The position numbers were made by a program, and so were the translations under genes. DNA of 64,000 bases from Gemmatimonadaceae bacterium (GTDB taxonomy: Bacteria; Gemmatimonadota; Gemmatimonadetes; Gemmatimonadales; Gemmatimonadaceae), in assembly GCA_045803545.1 (NCBI GenBank), contig JBJMOW010000004.1, positions 352,001-416,000 of the forward strand, read 5' to 3'. Positions 8,790 to 19,398 of the stretch are shown one piece after another. The number at the start of each line of letters is the position of its first letter. Positions within the stretch are counted from its first letter, which is position 1. Below the pieces are notes generated by a model. That model was not told where the DNA came from. It searched no databases and worked only from the letters and a program-made list of their open reading frames with translations.

Positions 8790-9755
8790 ATGCATGCGTT
8801 TTCGCAGTTCGAGATTGATCGCTGGACAGGTTTGGTCGGTTGGATCATTTCGCTGGCGACAGTACTTGGGCTGGCACTTGTTCTCCGCCACGAACGCCGT
8901 CAGGCCCGCAGTCTTGTAGAGCGCTCCAAGGAGCTGGAGCGCCTCTCGTCCGAGCTCCTTCGTGTGAACCGGATGAAAAGCGAATTCCTCGCGAACGTGT
9001 CACACGAGCTGCGTACACCGCTCAATGCCATCGTTGGTTTTGTCGACCTGCTTCGTGAAGGCGTTTATGGTGATTTGGCGCCACGGCAGGTAAAACCTGT
9101 TGAGCGCATTGAGGCGTCCGCCAATCATCTCCGCCACCTTGTTGACCAAGTGCTCGATCTTGCCAAGATGGCTGCTGGTCGCCTGGAGATTCACACCGAG
9201 ACTATTGACCTACGTCCCTTCGTGCTAGACGTCGCCAGTGAGATCGAATCTCTGGTAAGCGAGAAGGGCTTGTCCTTGTCGCTCGTAATGGGAGCTGCAT
9301 TGCCTCGTATCCGCACCGATCCCACTCATCTGCGGCAGATCCTCATGAACCTGCTTGGCAACGCGGTTAAGTACACAAACGAAGGTGGAATTGTCATTCG
9401 TACCAGGCTTGTCGACTCTCTCCCCGATAGCGGGCAGTTAGGCAGTAGTCAAACTACAGCCCTCAGCGAGCGCACGCCTTATCCGGCTACTCACTGGATT
9501 GGCATTCAGGTCATTGACACCGGAATCGGCATCGATCCGGCTGATCAAACACGAATTTTTGAGGAGTTTGAGCAGGTCGATGCAGGACCGCGTGGCAACT
9601 CAGCCGAGCGCGGAACAGGGCTTGGCTTGCCTATTTCACGGCGCCTTGCGGCTCTCATCGGCGGGATCGTCGAGCTAGAGAGTGAGCTCGGCAAAGGGTC
9701 TATGTTTACGCTTTGGCTTCCCGTGGATTCTGACGAGTCAGCGGCGGCGAAGTAG
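8790..9755 (+). CDS. sensor histidine kinase (single TM, HisKA + HATPase)
   Basis: SHELRTPL H-box, NLLGNAVKYT N-box, DTGIGI, GTGLGL. Confidence 0.93.
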   Translation: MHAFSQFEIDRWTGLVGWIISLATVLGLALVLRHERRQARSLVERSKELERLSSELLRVNRMKSEFLANVSHELRTPLNAIVGFVDLLREGVYGDLAPRQVKPVERIEASANHLRHLVDQVLDLAKMAAGRLEIHTETIDLRPFVLDVASEIESLVSEKGLSLSLVMGAALPRIRTDPTHLRQILMNLLGNAVKYTNEGGIVIRTRLVDSLPDSGQLGSSQTTALSERTPYPATHWIGIQVIDTGIGIDPADQTRIFEEFEQVDAGPRGNSAERGTGLGLPISRRLAALIGGIVELESELGKGSMFTLWLPVDSDESAAAK

Positions 9756-10640
9756 ACCTTTGAACTTGTTCAGCATATTGGGCTGCTCAGGTGGAATCCG
9801 CGCTGCCTCGGAAAAGGCGTTGGCGAATGCAACAACTGTCGGGTATCGATCAGCTGGTGATCTGGACAGCGCACGCGTAAGCACCGCATCCAACTCTGAC
9901 GAGAAGCTGAGCCCTTCCGTGGCGTTCTTTAAAGCAATTGGCGGCATCGTGAGAAGCTGAGTGAACATCTCGCGTGGAGCTTTCGCTGTATAGGGAAGGG
10001 CGCGGGTTAGCAGGAAATACGCAATCGTTGCCAGGCTGTATTGGTCGGCAGCAGCGGTAACGATCTCCCCCGACAGGGCCTCTGGCGCAATGTACATCAG
10101 AGTTCCGACGAAGAATCCAGCGCGTGTCAGGCGCTCATCGCTCGACGCGAGGGTATCAGCGGCGATTCCGAAGTCCAGCAGCTTAACAAGTCGAGTACGC
10201 GGATCGTACATCACGTTCTCGGGCTTGAGATCACGATGGACGATGTTCGCATCGTGCGCAGCCTGGACCGCGGCAGCAATTTGCGAGATGATGTTCGCTA
10301 CTTCTTCCGGAGGTATTGGCGCGTGCTGCTTCGCATACCGTTCCAGCAGCTCGCCTTCTGCCCACTCGATCGCGAGGAAATGGAGGCCGTTGTCGGCCTG
10401 TCCGATCTCAATTGTTTCTACGACGTTGGGATGCGTCACTCGCGAGCCATACTTGGCCTCGCGAACGAAACGCGCGACGGCCGTCTTGTCCTGGCGCAAC
10501 TTTTCCCGTAGCACTTTGAGGGCGACAGTGCCATGATTGGGATGGTCTGCCAGGTACACGGCCGACGTGCCGCCCTCGCCAACTTCTCTCTTGATTGTGT
10601 AGCCGGCGACTCGGGTACCGACCATCTGCTCTCGAGACAC
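9738..10640 (-). CDS. Hanks-type Ser/Thr protein kinase (stand-alone)
   Basis: GEGGTSAV, VALK, HRDLKPEN, DFG, APE; GTG at 10640 chosen because a -10 box lies 6 nt upstream. Confidence 0.92.
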   Translation of the reverse strand: MSREQMVGTRVAGYTIKREVGEGGTSAVYLADHPNHGTVALKVLREKLRQDKTAVARFVREAKYGSRVTHPNVVETIEIGQADNGLHFLAIEWAEGELLERYAKQHAPIPPEEVANIISQIAAAVQAAHDANIVHRDLKPENVMYDPRTRLVKLLDFGIAADTLASSDERLTRAGFFVGTLMYIAPEALSGEIVTAAADQYSLATIAYFLLTRALPYTAKAPREMFTQLLTMPPIALKNATEGLSFSSELDAVLTRALSRSPADRYPTVVAFANAFSEAARIPPEQPNMLNKFKGLLRRR

Positions 10641-10690
10641 GTCGCGAAGGTAATAGAAACAGAGATGGTCGGATAGGGTATTAGCCGGAC

Positions 10691-12079
10691 ATGCTGAACA
10701 ACAAATTGCGAAACTTTCACTTTCTCCTGCTCGCTGCCGCATCGGTAACAATCGGATGCAGCAGTGCGACTACTAACGCGAATCCGGAGGAGGCAACACC
10801 GGTCCTCACGCTCGGATCCAATACGCCGGACGCCAGTGCGCTCTACAAGCAGATCGGTCTCATTGCAGCGCCCGCTCCGGTTCCGTTTGTCGGTAAAGTC
10901 TCGGCGTTTGCAAGCGGGTCTCCTGACACAACGTTAGTTCTCGTAAGTCTGTCGCTACCCAACAAGGCGTTGACCTTCACACGGGAGGGCGACCGGTATC
11001 GCGCACCGTATGAAGTAAAACTGACGCTCAATCGGGGTAGCGTCCAAGCAGCTAACGTGGACGCCATGGAAATAGTAAGGGTCGGTGCATTCAGGGAAAT
11101 CAACCGCGCGGATGAGAGCATCATTTTTCAGCATTACTTCCGAGTTGTGCCCGGCACCTACGCACTTTCGGCAGAGGTACGTGATGTCGGTGGATCTCGA
11201 GGTGCGAGTCAGGACGCGGCGATCAGTGTACCGGCGCTGACACCCGGACATCTGTCGACGCCCACCTTGGTCTACGAAGCAACAGGTCGGAGTGTGCTCG
11301 ACTCCGTTCCCGCATTACTCGCGAGTCCCAGGTCCAGCGCAGTCTTTGGACGCGATAGCACCGTTGCCGTTTATGTCGAAGGGTACGGACAGGGTGCCCG
11401 ACTTCCAGTCCAGTACGTGGTTCGCAACGACAAGGGCGCAGAGCTGTGGCGGGATTCGATACAGCTTGCGCGCAGGGGCAATCTGTTCAGCGGCGTCGTC
11501 AATGTTCCAATTTCGACCGTCGGTGTCGGTGTCGCTCAGGTGTATTTCACTCACCGCGATACGCCACAGGACACGGCGAGTGCACCGCTCTTCGTGAGCT
11601 TCGGTGAGGACATTCCGCTGATGTCGTATGAGGACATGCTAGGCTATCTGCGGTTCTTCGCGAGCCCGTCTCGACTGAGCACGCTCAAGAATGCCGCGGC
11701 AGAACGACGCGCAACCGAATGGGCGAGTTTCCTCCGGGCGACTGACCCGGTCCCGGAAACCCCTACAAATGAGGATCTGCAGTCCTACTTTGGTCGCATT
11801 CAGATCGCCAATGGCCAGTTCCGTATCGACCACATTCCAGGCTGGTTGTCGGATCGTGGAATGGTCTACGTCGCACTTGGTGAGCCTGATCAGGTAGTCG
11901 AGCGCAACGTCAACGGAACTCTTACGACCACCCAAATGGGCTCTACGACGCGTCTACAGATCTGGTTGTATCGCCAGTACAACACCCAATTGGTTTTCTA
12001 CGAGGAGACAGGGCGCTGGAGGTTGACGCGACCGAGCGAAACCGAGTTTCTCTCTCTCAACGCGCGCCGCCAGCACTGA
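10691..12079 (+). CDS. GWxTD-domain lipoprotein
   Basis: Lipobox-like TIGC; YFGRIQIAN...GWLSDRGMVYVALGEPD. Confidence 0.85.
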   Translation: MLNNKLRNFHFLLLAAASVTIGCSSATTNANPEEATPVLTLGSNTPDASALYKQIGLIAAPAPVPFVGKVSAFASGSPDTTLVLVSLSLPNKALTFTREGDRYRAPYEVKLTLNRGSVQAANVDAMEIVRVGAFREINRADESIIFQHYFRVVPGTYALSAEVRDVGGSRGASQDAAISVPALTPGHLSTPTLVYEATGRSVLDSVPALLASPRSSAVFGRDSTVAVYVEGYGQGARLPVQYVVRNDKGAELWRDSIQLARRGNLFSGVVNVPISTVGVGVAQVYFTHRDTPQDTASAPLFVSFGEDIPLMSYEDMLGYLRFFASPSRLSTLKNAAAERRATEWASFLRATDPVPETPTNEDLQSYFGRIQIANGQFRIDHIPGWLSDRGMVYVALGEPDQVVERNVNGTLTTTQMGSTTRLQIWLYRQYNTQLVFYEETGRWRLTRPSETEFLSLNARRQH

Positions 12080-12150
12080 GCGCGGTTTCAGGCCGCGAGG
12101 CTCGAGCAGCAGCCGGTCGCCGCAGCAAGTAAAGCGCGTTTAATATTCAC

Positions 12151-15102
12151 ATGATGGAAGGTCCCGAAAAGCCGCGACTGTTTCTCGTCGACGGTTATGC
12201 GCTGATCTACCGCGCATTTTTTGCCATGATTGCCCGCCCACTCACAACGAGCAAGGGCGAGAATACGTCGGCGAGCTATGGCATCGCGACGTTTCTGCAG
12301 CGGCTCATTACCAAGCATCAGCCGGAGTACCTCGGCTGGGTTCACGATTCCGGCCTCTCGTTCAGACACGAGCGTTACCCGGCGTACAAAGCCACTCGTG
12401 AAAAACTGACGGAGGAGTTGCAGTCCGACTTCGATCGCGGCATGGATCGAATTTGCGAGATACTCGCTGCCTATCGTATTCCAATCATCACACTTCCTGG
12501 CTATGAGGCAGATGACGTCATTGGCACCCTCGTGTCGCAGAGCGCAAATGCGGGAGTAAACGCGGTCGTCGTTTCAGGCGATAAGGATTTTCAGCAGCTT
12601 GTCCGTCCGGGTGTATGGCTTCTCAATCCGGGGCGTGGCGGCAACGCAAACGTCGAAGAGCATTGGGTAAGCACAGACAACGCAGAAGATCGGCTTGGTG
12701 TTCCACCGGAGTTCGTTACCGATTATCTGGCGTTGGTTGGTGATTCTTCGGACAACATCCCCGGCGTGCGCGGGATCGGCGACAAAACCGCATCGGAGCT
12801 GGTGCGACAGTACGGCCATCTCGAATCAATTCTGGAACACGCCACCGAAATCACCAAGAAGCGACCACGCGAGGCACTGCTGGAACACGCGGGAAATGCT
12901 CGGCTATCCAAGGAATTAGTAACAATTCGTGCCGATTTACCAGTAAAACTGGATTTGGATGGCCTCAGCGTGAAGACACCGGATCATCAGCGGCTCCGCG
13001 ATCTCTTCATTGAGCTCGAGTTTCATGTGTTGGCTCGTGAGATAGTCGTTCAGTCACCGGTCGAGGAGAAGCCGAAACAAGATTCCAATTACGTCACGGT
13101 TGATAGTCTGGACCTCATGACCGAAGCTGTTACGCGCGCCAGAGAGGTGGGGGTCATCTCCCTCGACACCGAAGCGATGGCAAATGCGGATAGCCCTCAG
13201 CCCGCGGATCCTTTGCGATCATCCCTGATCTCGATATCGATTGGAGTCGGTGGCGGCGAGGCGTATTACTTCCCGTTTCAGCATCGGCTCCCGCGCAATA
13301 TGCAGGGAGAATTGCTGGTTGACGTTGCGGGCGATCGGTCTGCGACCGATGCGCCGGAAGACCGCGGCCTTATTCGCGGCGGCGACGAAGTCTTTCCGGA
13401 ACAGCCAGCGCGAAAACGGAAGAGCAATGGCGAAGGGGCGCTCAGCATTGCTTCGCGGATCTGGCGGGAAAAACGCTCTTCCACTGTCAAAAACCTGCCG
13501 CCGCTGCAGTCTCCGGAGATGAAGCCTCTGCGGGATTTGCTCGAGGATCCAACGATCCGGAAAACAGCGCACAACGGCAAGTTCGATCTTCTTCTTCTGC
13601 GATCAATGAAGATCGACCTTGCTGGCCTGGACTTCGATACGATGCTGGCCAGCTACGTTCTCGATCCGAGTCGTCGTTCGCACGGTCTCGATGTGCTCGC
13701 CCTCGAGTTCCTGGATCATACGATGACCTCGTACACAGATCTCTGCGGCAAAGGGAAGAATGCACTTGCATTCGATGAGTGCCCGGTCGAAGCGGCCAGA
13801 GATTACTCGTGTGAAGACGCGGATATGACGTTGCGGTTGCGGGAGATCTTCGAGCCGCAGCTAGAATCGCACGAGTTATTGCGGCTCCTGGACGGTGTTG
13901 AGCTGCCTCTGGTAAACGTTCTAGCTGAGATGGAATGGAATGGGATCGCCATCGATCTTCCGTGGTTTGCATCGCTCAAGCAGCGCTTCCAGGCTGATCG
14001 TGAGGCGGTCGAGCGCCAGATCTACGAGACAGCAGGCACTGAATTCAACATCAATTCCAATCTGCAGCTGCGAGAAATCCTGTTCGATCGATTGAACCTG
14101 CCTGTTCTGAAACGGACTAGCACGGGTCCGTCCACCGACGTGAGTGTCCTGACCGAGCTCGCGGAAGAAGGCCATGTGCTGCCGACACTGCTCATGGAGT
14201 ATCGTGAGCTGTCAAAGCTGGAGAGCACATACTTGGACGCTCTCCCACGACTCGTTAACCCCAAGACAGGTCGCCTGCATACATCGTTCAACCAGACGGT
14301 GGCAAGCACGGGCCGGCTGTCATCAAGTGATCCGAACCTGCAGAACATCCCGATTCGGCGAGAGCTGGGACGAGACATTCGCCGAGGCTTCATACCACGC
14401 GAGGGCTGGCATCTTGTCGCCGCAGACTATTCGCAAATAGAATTGCGGCTGCTTGCCCACCTTTCGAAGGACCCCGCCTTTGTCGAAGCCTTTCGCGCCG
14501 GCGGAGATATACATCGACAGACAGCAGCGCTGATCTTCGATGTCCCGCTCGATCAGGTGACGAGCACGATGCGAGCACGGGCCAAGACCATCAACTTCGC
14601 CACTATCTACGGGCAGGGTCCGCACGCACTCTCGCGGCAACTTGGCATTGAGCACGCTGAGGCAAAGGAATTCATTGCGCGATACTTCGAGCGTTTCCAG
14701 GGCGTGCGCAACTACCTTGACGCGATGGTTGCGTTTGCCCGCGAGCATGGCTTCGTCCAGACAATCTTCGGCCGACGTCGCTACATCCCCGAGCTCCGGG
14801 AGCGCAATTTCAACATCCGCGCGTTTGGCGAAAGGACGGCAGCTAACTCTCCGATTCAAGGGTCGGCAGCGGATCTGATCAAGATCGCGATGATCCGCAT
14901 CAATGATGCGCTAAGCTCGCGGGAGTTGCGCAGTAAAATGCTGCTGCAAGTTCACGACGAGCTGGTCTTCGAGGTCAAGCCAGAGGAACTCGATACCGTC
15001 CAGGAAATGGTGAAGCACGAAATGGAGAATGCAGCACAGCTTTCCGTGCCCCTCGTCGTCGATCTTGGGACAGGAAAGAACTGGCTTGAAACGAAGCTCT
15101 GA
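12151..15102 (+). CDS. polA: DNA polymerase I
   Basis: 5'-3' exonuclease LVDG/EADD; 3'-5' exonuclease DTE/HNGKFD/YSCED; polymerase motifs DYSQIELR, KTINFATIYG, QVHDEL. Confidence 0.99.
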   Translation: MMEGPEKPRLFLVDGYALIYRAFFAMIARPLTTSKGENTSASYGIATFLQRLITKHQPEYLGWVHDSGLSFRHERYPAYKATREKLTEELQSDFDRGMDRICEILAAYRIPIITLPGYEADDVIGTLVSQSANAGVNAVVVSGDKDFQQLVRPGVWLLNPGRGGNANVEEHWVSTDNAEDRLGVPPEFVTDYLALVGDSSDNIPGVRGIGDKTASELVRQYGHLESILEHATEITKKRPREALLEHAGNARLSKELVTIRADLPVKLDLDGLSVKTPDHQRLRDLFIELEFHVLAREIVVQSPVEEKPKQDSNYVTVDSLDLMTEAVTRAREVGVISLDTEAMANADSPQPADPLRSSLISISIGVGGGEAYYFPFQHRLPRNMQGELLVDVAGDRSATDAPEDRGLIRGGDEVFPEQPARKRKSNGEGALSIASRIWREKRSSTVKNLPPLQSPEMKPLRDLLEDPTIRKTAHNGKFDLLLLRSMKIDLAGLDFDTMLASYVLDPSRRSHGLDVLALEFLDHTMTSYTDLCGKGKNALAFDECPVEAARDYSCEDADMTLRLREIFEPQLESHELLRLLDGVELPLVNVLAEMEWNGIAIDLPWFASLKQRFQADREAVERQIYETAGTEFNINSNLQLREILFDRLNLPVLKRTSTGPSTDVSVLTELAEEGHVLPTLLMEYRELSKLESTYLDALPRLVNPKTGRLHTSFNQTVASTGRLSSSDPNLQNIPIRRELGRDIRRGFIPREGWHLVAADYSQIELRLLAHLSKDPAFVEAFRAGGDIHRQTAALIFDVPLDQVTSTMRARAKTINFATIYGQGPHALSRQLGIEHAEAKEFIARYFERFQGVRNYLDAMVAFAREHGFVQTIFGRRRYIPELRERNFNIRAFGERTAANSPIQGSAADLIKIAMIRINDALSSRELRSKMLLQVHDELVFEVKPEELDTVQEMVKHEMENAAQLSVPLVVDLGTGKNWLETKL

Positions 15103-16074
15103 TTAGTGCTTCAAGTGGGGCTCGAAGGCTGCCCAGTGGGCGCCAACCAGGAGTGCGCCGAGGTAAAGAGAAGCGATCCAGAAGGAATGCGTTAAGGCGT
15201 CAATGACTGTGAAGTGGATCGCGTAGGTAGCCAGCACCAGGCCCACGCCGAGTACGATTGTGAACATCGCTGGCTCGTCAGGATCTGTGCTTATGTTGAG
15301 CGCCCAACGGCGCGCAATTCTTATCGGCAGGCGATGGGTTAACCTGCCCCACCCTGCAGCCACTCGGATTGCAAAAGTCTTCATTGTGGAGTGCTTTTCG
15401 ATTCTGACCTTAGGTTGGGGCGGCAAAACTGCCTCCTCGGCGACTCTCTTCAGCCTCTTGGTCAGTTCGGCCGTTAACGCGGTGTGATCGCTGGCTCTCG
15501 GCCAGGTATCCATTGCGATGGGATCACCGACACGTACTCCGACGATGCTTCCGGGCGTGGCCTTGTTCTCGAATAGGAGCCCAATCGGGACGATGTGCAC
15601 TGCCCCGACATGACCACTGTCTCTTGCCTGCAACGCAATTCGCGCCAAACCTGATTTAAGCGGAGCGAGTTGTCTGTGACTGTGGCTGGTACCCTCGGGG
15701 AAAATCAATACGGCACCATTGCGGCTGAGGACCTGCAGCATTTCCTGAAATGCCCCAGAGTTGCGTGCGGGGTCTGTAGGCAGCCCGTCTCTTGCCTGGG
15801 TTTCGTCGCTCGCACGGCGCAGCGGAACGACGCCGAGAAACCTGAAAAGAGCTGCGATAAAAGGATTTCCCAGCAGTGTTGCCTTGGCTGTCATCACAAC
15901 TCGGCGAGGCATTAGCCAGCCGACTACCAAAGAATCCACAAGCGCGTTTGGATGATTCACCGCGATCAACAGCGGCACGTCACGTGGGATCTTCTCTCGA
16001 CCAACAACGCGAATGTCACCGTAGAACCAGTGAAGAGCGACGCCGGCGATCCATCGCAGCGCGGCGTAAATCAT
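15103..16074 (-). CDS. PlsC-like acyltransferase
   Basis: NHPNALVD (HX4D), IFPEGTS, C-terminal TMs. Confidence 0.88.
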   Translation of the reverse strand: MIYAALRWIAGVALHWFYGDIRVVGREKIPRDVPLLIAVNHPNALVDSLVVGWLMPRRVVMTAKATLLGNPFIAALFRFLGVVPLRRASDETQARDGLPTDPARNSGAFQEMLQVLSRNGAVLIFPEGTSHSHRQLAPLKSGLARIALQARDSGHVGAVHIVPIGLLFENKATPGSIVGVRVGDPIAMDTWPRASDHTALTAELTKRLKRVAEEAVLPPQPKVRIEKHSTMKTFAIRVAAGWGRLTHRLPIRIARRWALNISTDPDEPAMFTIVLGVGLVLATYAIHFTVIDALTHSFWIASLYLGALLVGAHWAAFEPHLKH

Positions 16075-17540
16075 TTCCGTCGTGCCCGCGCAAAGTTATC
16101 TGGCACACGCTGGAGAGCCCACAGGGCAAGTGTCATCCCGATCGCGACGGTTAAAACGCCGGCGCGATAAGCAACGCCTTTGCCGAATACAGGGGTAAGT
16201 CCGTCAACTGCGAATGCCCACACGAAAGGACCTACGACAGCAGCCGCGCGCGATGACAACACCATCAGGCTGAAAAACCGCCCCGCTTCAACGTCGGGAA
16301 CAAGACTGAGAAGCAACGGCCGCTCCGCTGTCGACACACCGCCGTAAATGAGGCCGATGCAGGCGCCGACTATCCAGAAGATGTTCCGGGATGGAGCGAT
16401 GATCATCGCCAACAGCAGCACGATCCATCCTGCGAGTACCCAGGACAATGTTCTTTTCGGGCCAAAACGGTCAACGAGTTTTCCGATTCCGTACGCTCCG
16501 ATTACGGCAGGCACTGTCAGAATTACGAAGAGCGTTGCCTCGGATCCTTTCACGAACCCCATTGCGAAGATTGCGTACAACGCCATGTTGGCGATGATGG
16601 TTCCCATCGCATCTTGGTACAGGAACGACGTCAGTATGAAGCGTAATGTGCCGGGATAACGTTTGGCTTCTGCCAACGTATTCCGCACATCGGCAAATGC
16701 TTGACGCCAGGCAATTCGCTTGCGGTCGTGAATAACGTTGTGATCACGACAGAAGATGAAGAGCGGTAGCGAAAAAAGCAGAAATAGAATTGCGGTTGGA
16801 ACGAAGGTGGAAACGCGGCCGCCGTGACCTGTGAATGGAACTGCCGTACGAAGGAACAGGACGACCTTCTCCGGAACGGCACCGATGATCGGCATCGATC
16901 CGGTAAAAAAGGGGAAAGTGAGAATTACGCCGGTGATCGATCCGACATAACCAAGTGCTGCACCCAGCCCCGAGAGGCGCCCTCGATGATCGACCGGAAC
17001 GAGCTCGGGCATCATCGCATTGTAGAAAGGCTGTGCTCCCTGATAGCTGTAATTGGCAATGGTGAAGGCAGCGAGCATACCGAACAGCGCCAGGCCCGAC
17101 GACACCTGCGACGTGGTCGCAGAGCCGGTGACGCCTTCCCCGATCAACGGCAGACCGAATTGACCCAGTACCGCGATAAATGCCGTCGCGATACATGCGA
17201 TCAGTGTGAAACCAACTACCCATGGCTTTCGTCTCTGCGTTGCGTCGGATATTGCACCGAACACCGGGATCGAGACCACCACCATCGCTGATGCGATTCC
17301 ATTTACGGTTGCATAGAGAGTATTGGAGTGTCCGAGATCTGCGATGAGCCAGGCAGAGAAATACAGTGTCGCGATATTCATCGAAAACACCGTGTTCGCG
17401 AAATCGTAGAGCGCCCAGCTCATTCGCTCACGGAATTTCGCCATCGGCGGATTGAAATCACCCGCTGCTACATTGATCCGGCGGTCGCGGGAATCAGAGC
17501 CGTCTATTAGCGAATCAGTGATCGCCGTATCCATCCGCAC
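16071..17540 (-). CDS. MFS transporter (UMF1/Atg22-like); start uncertain
   Basis: SWALYDFAN motif, about 12 TMs, GRLSGLGAALGY. Confidence 0.88.
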   Translation of the reverse strand: MRMDTAITDSLIDGSDSRDRRINVAAGDFNPPMAKFRERMSWALYDFANTVFSMNIATLYFSAWLIADLGHSNTLYATVNGIASAMVVVSIPVFGAISDATQRRKPWVVGFTLIACIATAFIAVLGQFGLPLIGEGVTGSATTSQVSSGLALFGMLAAFTIANYSYQGAQPFYNAMMPELVPVDHRGRLSGLGAALGYVGSITGVILTFPFFTGSMPIIGAVPEKVVLFLRTAVPFTGHGGRVSTFVPTAILFLLFSLPLFIFCRDHNVIHDRKRIAWRQAFADVRNTLAEAKRYPGTLRFILTSFLYQDAMGTIIANMALYAIFAMGFVKGSEATLFVILTVPAVIGAYGIGKLVDRFGPKRTLSWVLAGWIVLLLAMIIAPSRNIFWIVGACIGLIYGGVSTAERPLLLSLVPDVEAGRFFSLMVLSSRAAAVVGPFVWAFAVDGLTPVFGKGVAYRAGVLTVAIGMTLALWALQRVPDNFARARRK

Positions 17541-17652
17541 TCCGTTGAGTTCGCCTCAACTCTACACTTTGGCGCCAGGTTCACAAATACGTATGCTGAC
17601 GTAGCACCACTTGGTTCTCGACGTCTACGCAGGCGCCCGTCAAATTACGGGC

Positions 17653-18579
17653 ATGTTATCTCGTACAGGTGTCAGCTCCGCGCTCGTTGTGCTGCTTGCA
17701 GTGACAATAGCCACAGCCTGTGGAGAGCGCGGTCGATCAAAAGAGGACTCGGCGCGTGCGCTTCCGCCTGTCTATCCAGGAGCACCCGCAGGAAACTCCG
17801 GCTGGGACGCTGATGCAGGTCCGGTCATGATTACACCACTCGAGAACAGTGTTGATACAGTTGCAGTGATAGTTCCGGAAGCAACCGATAGCACGCGGTC
17901 GATTGTGGAAACTATGAACGCACCGATAGCCGGACTTACATTCGATCTGTTTGGCAGGGGTGGCCGTTTGGCTTCAGCTCTTCGCCTGTCTTCGCTGCCT
18001 CCAGTCGATACCACCAAGCGCGATTGTTACGGATGGCCGGTCGCGAAACTACCCGAGAAGGTAGTGGATTGGAGCGTTGGTTTTGCGAGTGGTCGTGCGG
18101 TAGCTATTCCAATCGATTCAATCGAAGCGATGCACAGTGCTGATTCGGCTTCGATGGCCGTGGCACTTACGCGGGCGGCAGCTACGCTGGCCAGCGTTTC
18201 TGATCCGACGTTTCGCGGATTGCCATTTCGTGTAAGAACCGCATACAAGTTTCGTGTCGATTCCGTCGATGTCGTTGTCGCTGATGTAGTACGCGCGGTC
18301 AACGAAGAGGCGAATCCGCGAATCGAGCATCTGCTGATCGTCGGAGAACGGCCTAGCGGCAGCACGTCGATGTTGACAGTCCGTTATTCGAATCGAACTG
18401 CGGGCCCAGAGGAATCGACCCAAGCTAGCGAGCTGCTCTCTGTCGTAGCTATCGGCGAATCGAAAAAACCTACGATAATCCTGGGTATCGAATACAGCGA
18501 CGGCCGGCGACTGGGACTGCTCGAGCGAGTTGGAGGTGAATGGCGCGCGACGTGGAGAAGCGCATACACCGATTGCTGA
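17653..18579 (+). CDS. hypothetical lipoprotein
   Basis: The ATG at 17653 gives a signal peptide with ATAC lipobox. Confidence 0.72.
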   Translation: MLSRTGVSSALVVLLAVTIATACGERGRSKEDSARALPPVYPGAPAGNSGWDADAGPVMITPLENSVDTVAVIVPEATDSTRSIVETMNAPIAGLTFDLFGRGGRLASALRLSSLPPVDTTKRDCYGWPVAKLPEKVVDWSVGFASGRAVAIPIDSIEAMHSADSASMAVALTRAAATLASVSDPTFRGLPFRVRTAYKFRVDSVDVVVADVVRAVNEEANPRIEHLLIVGERPSGSTSMLTVRYSNRTAGPEESTQASELLSVVAIGESKKPTIILGIEYSDGRRLGLLERVGGEWRATWRSAYTDC

Positions 18580-18609
18580 TGGTTTTTTGGGTTTCGGATG
18601 GTCTCTATA

Positions 18610-19386
18610 TCAAAGACCGGTCGGCGCGCTGACAAAGTCCCACGGCACGCCGTACCTCTCACTCAAGTGCTGTGCAAGCGCACACACGCCGAGTGTCTCC
18701 GTTGCGTAGTGGCCGGCGTAGATAATCACAAGATCATTTTCCTCGGCGGTGATCGCGGTCCAATGTGGGCCTTCGCCCACAATTAAAGTGTCGATTCTCG
18801 CGTCGATTGCTTCCTGAAGGGTATCCGCTGCGGCACCGGCACCGCTGCACATACCCCAGTGTCGAGTGCGTCGTCCATCTACTATCGGCGTTGTCCTCGT
18901 CGCATGTCCGTATTTGCGCGCAAAAGAAGTTGCCCTTTCCGCGAGTGATTGCGTCGGAATGTCGCTGTCACCCGCCACGCCGATAAAGATTCCCTGATAG
19001 CGCGCGAATTCTCTGGTGGGTGTGAGATGGAGCTCCTTCGCGAGGAGCACGTTGTTTCCCAGTGTCGCGTGGCAATCGAGTGGAATGTGTGAGGAGTAGA
19101 CGGCCATATCGTAGTCGAAGAGCAAGCGGGCTCGCCGGTGTGCGGCGCCTGTAAGTGGTGATAAACCGCCCCAGAACATTCCGTGATGTACGATTAGTAG
19201 GTTTGCGTCTAACGCGTGGGCGCCTTCGATGCCCCGCGTTGAAAAGTCTACGGCCGCTGCAATTCCGCGAAGTGGAACCGAGGCCTGAAACTGCAAGCCA
19301 TTGAGTGCGCTTGGATAATCAGGAATCGCGTGAGTGTTGAGTAGCTCATCAGCGTACGCGCATACCTCATCTATGATGGTACTCAT
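18610..19386 (-). CDS. Nif3-like dinuclear metal-centre protein
   Basis: NGLQ, IVHHG, SSHIPLDCH, GHYATE. Confidence 0.93.
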   Translation of the reverse strand: MSTIIDEVCAYADELLNTHAIPDYPSALNGLQFQASVPLRGIAAAVDFSTRGIEGAHALDANLLIVHHGMFWGGLSPLTGAAHRRARLLFDYDMAVYSSHIPLDCHATLGNNVLLAKELHLTPTREFARYQGIFIGVAGDSDIPTQSLAERATSFARKYGHATRTTPIVDGRRTRHWGMCSGAGAAADTLQEAIDARIDTLIVGEGPHWTAITAEENDLVIIYAGHYATETLGVCALAQHLSERYGVPWDFVSAPTGL

Positions 19387-19398
19387 TAGCCGACGGGT

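Noticed and set aside
10641..10751. N-terminal extension of the Ser/Thr kinase given in the ORF track
   Set aside because: It would overlap the divergent GWxTD gene, and a -10 box supports the GTG at 10640.
13288..13491. PolA insertion as a mini-intein
   Set aside because: It is too short and lacks the C/S start and HN-[C/S/T] end.
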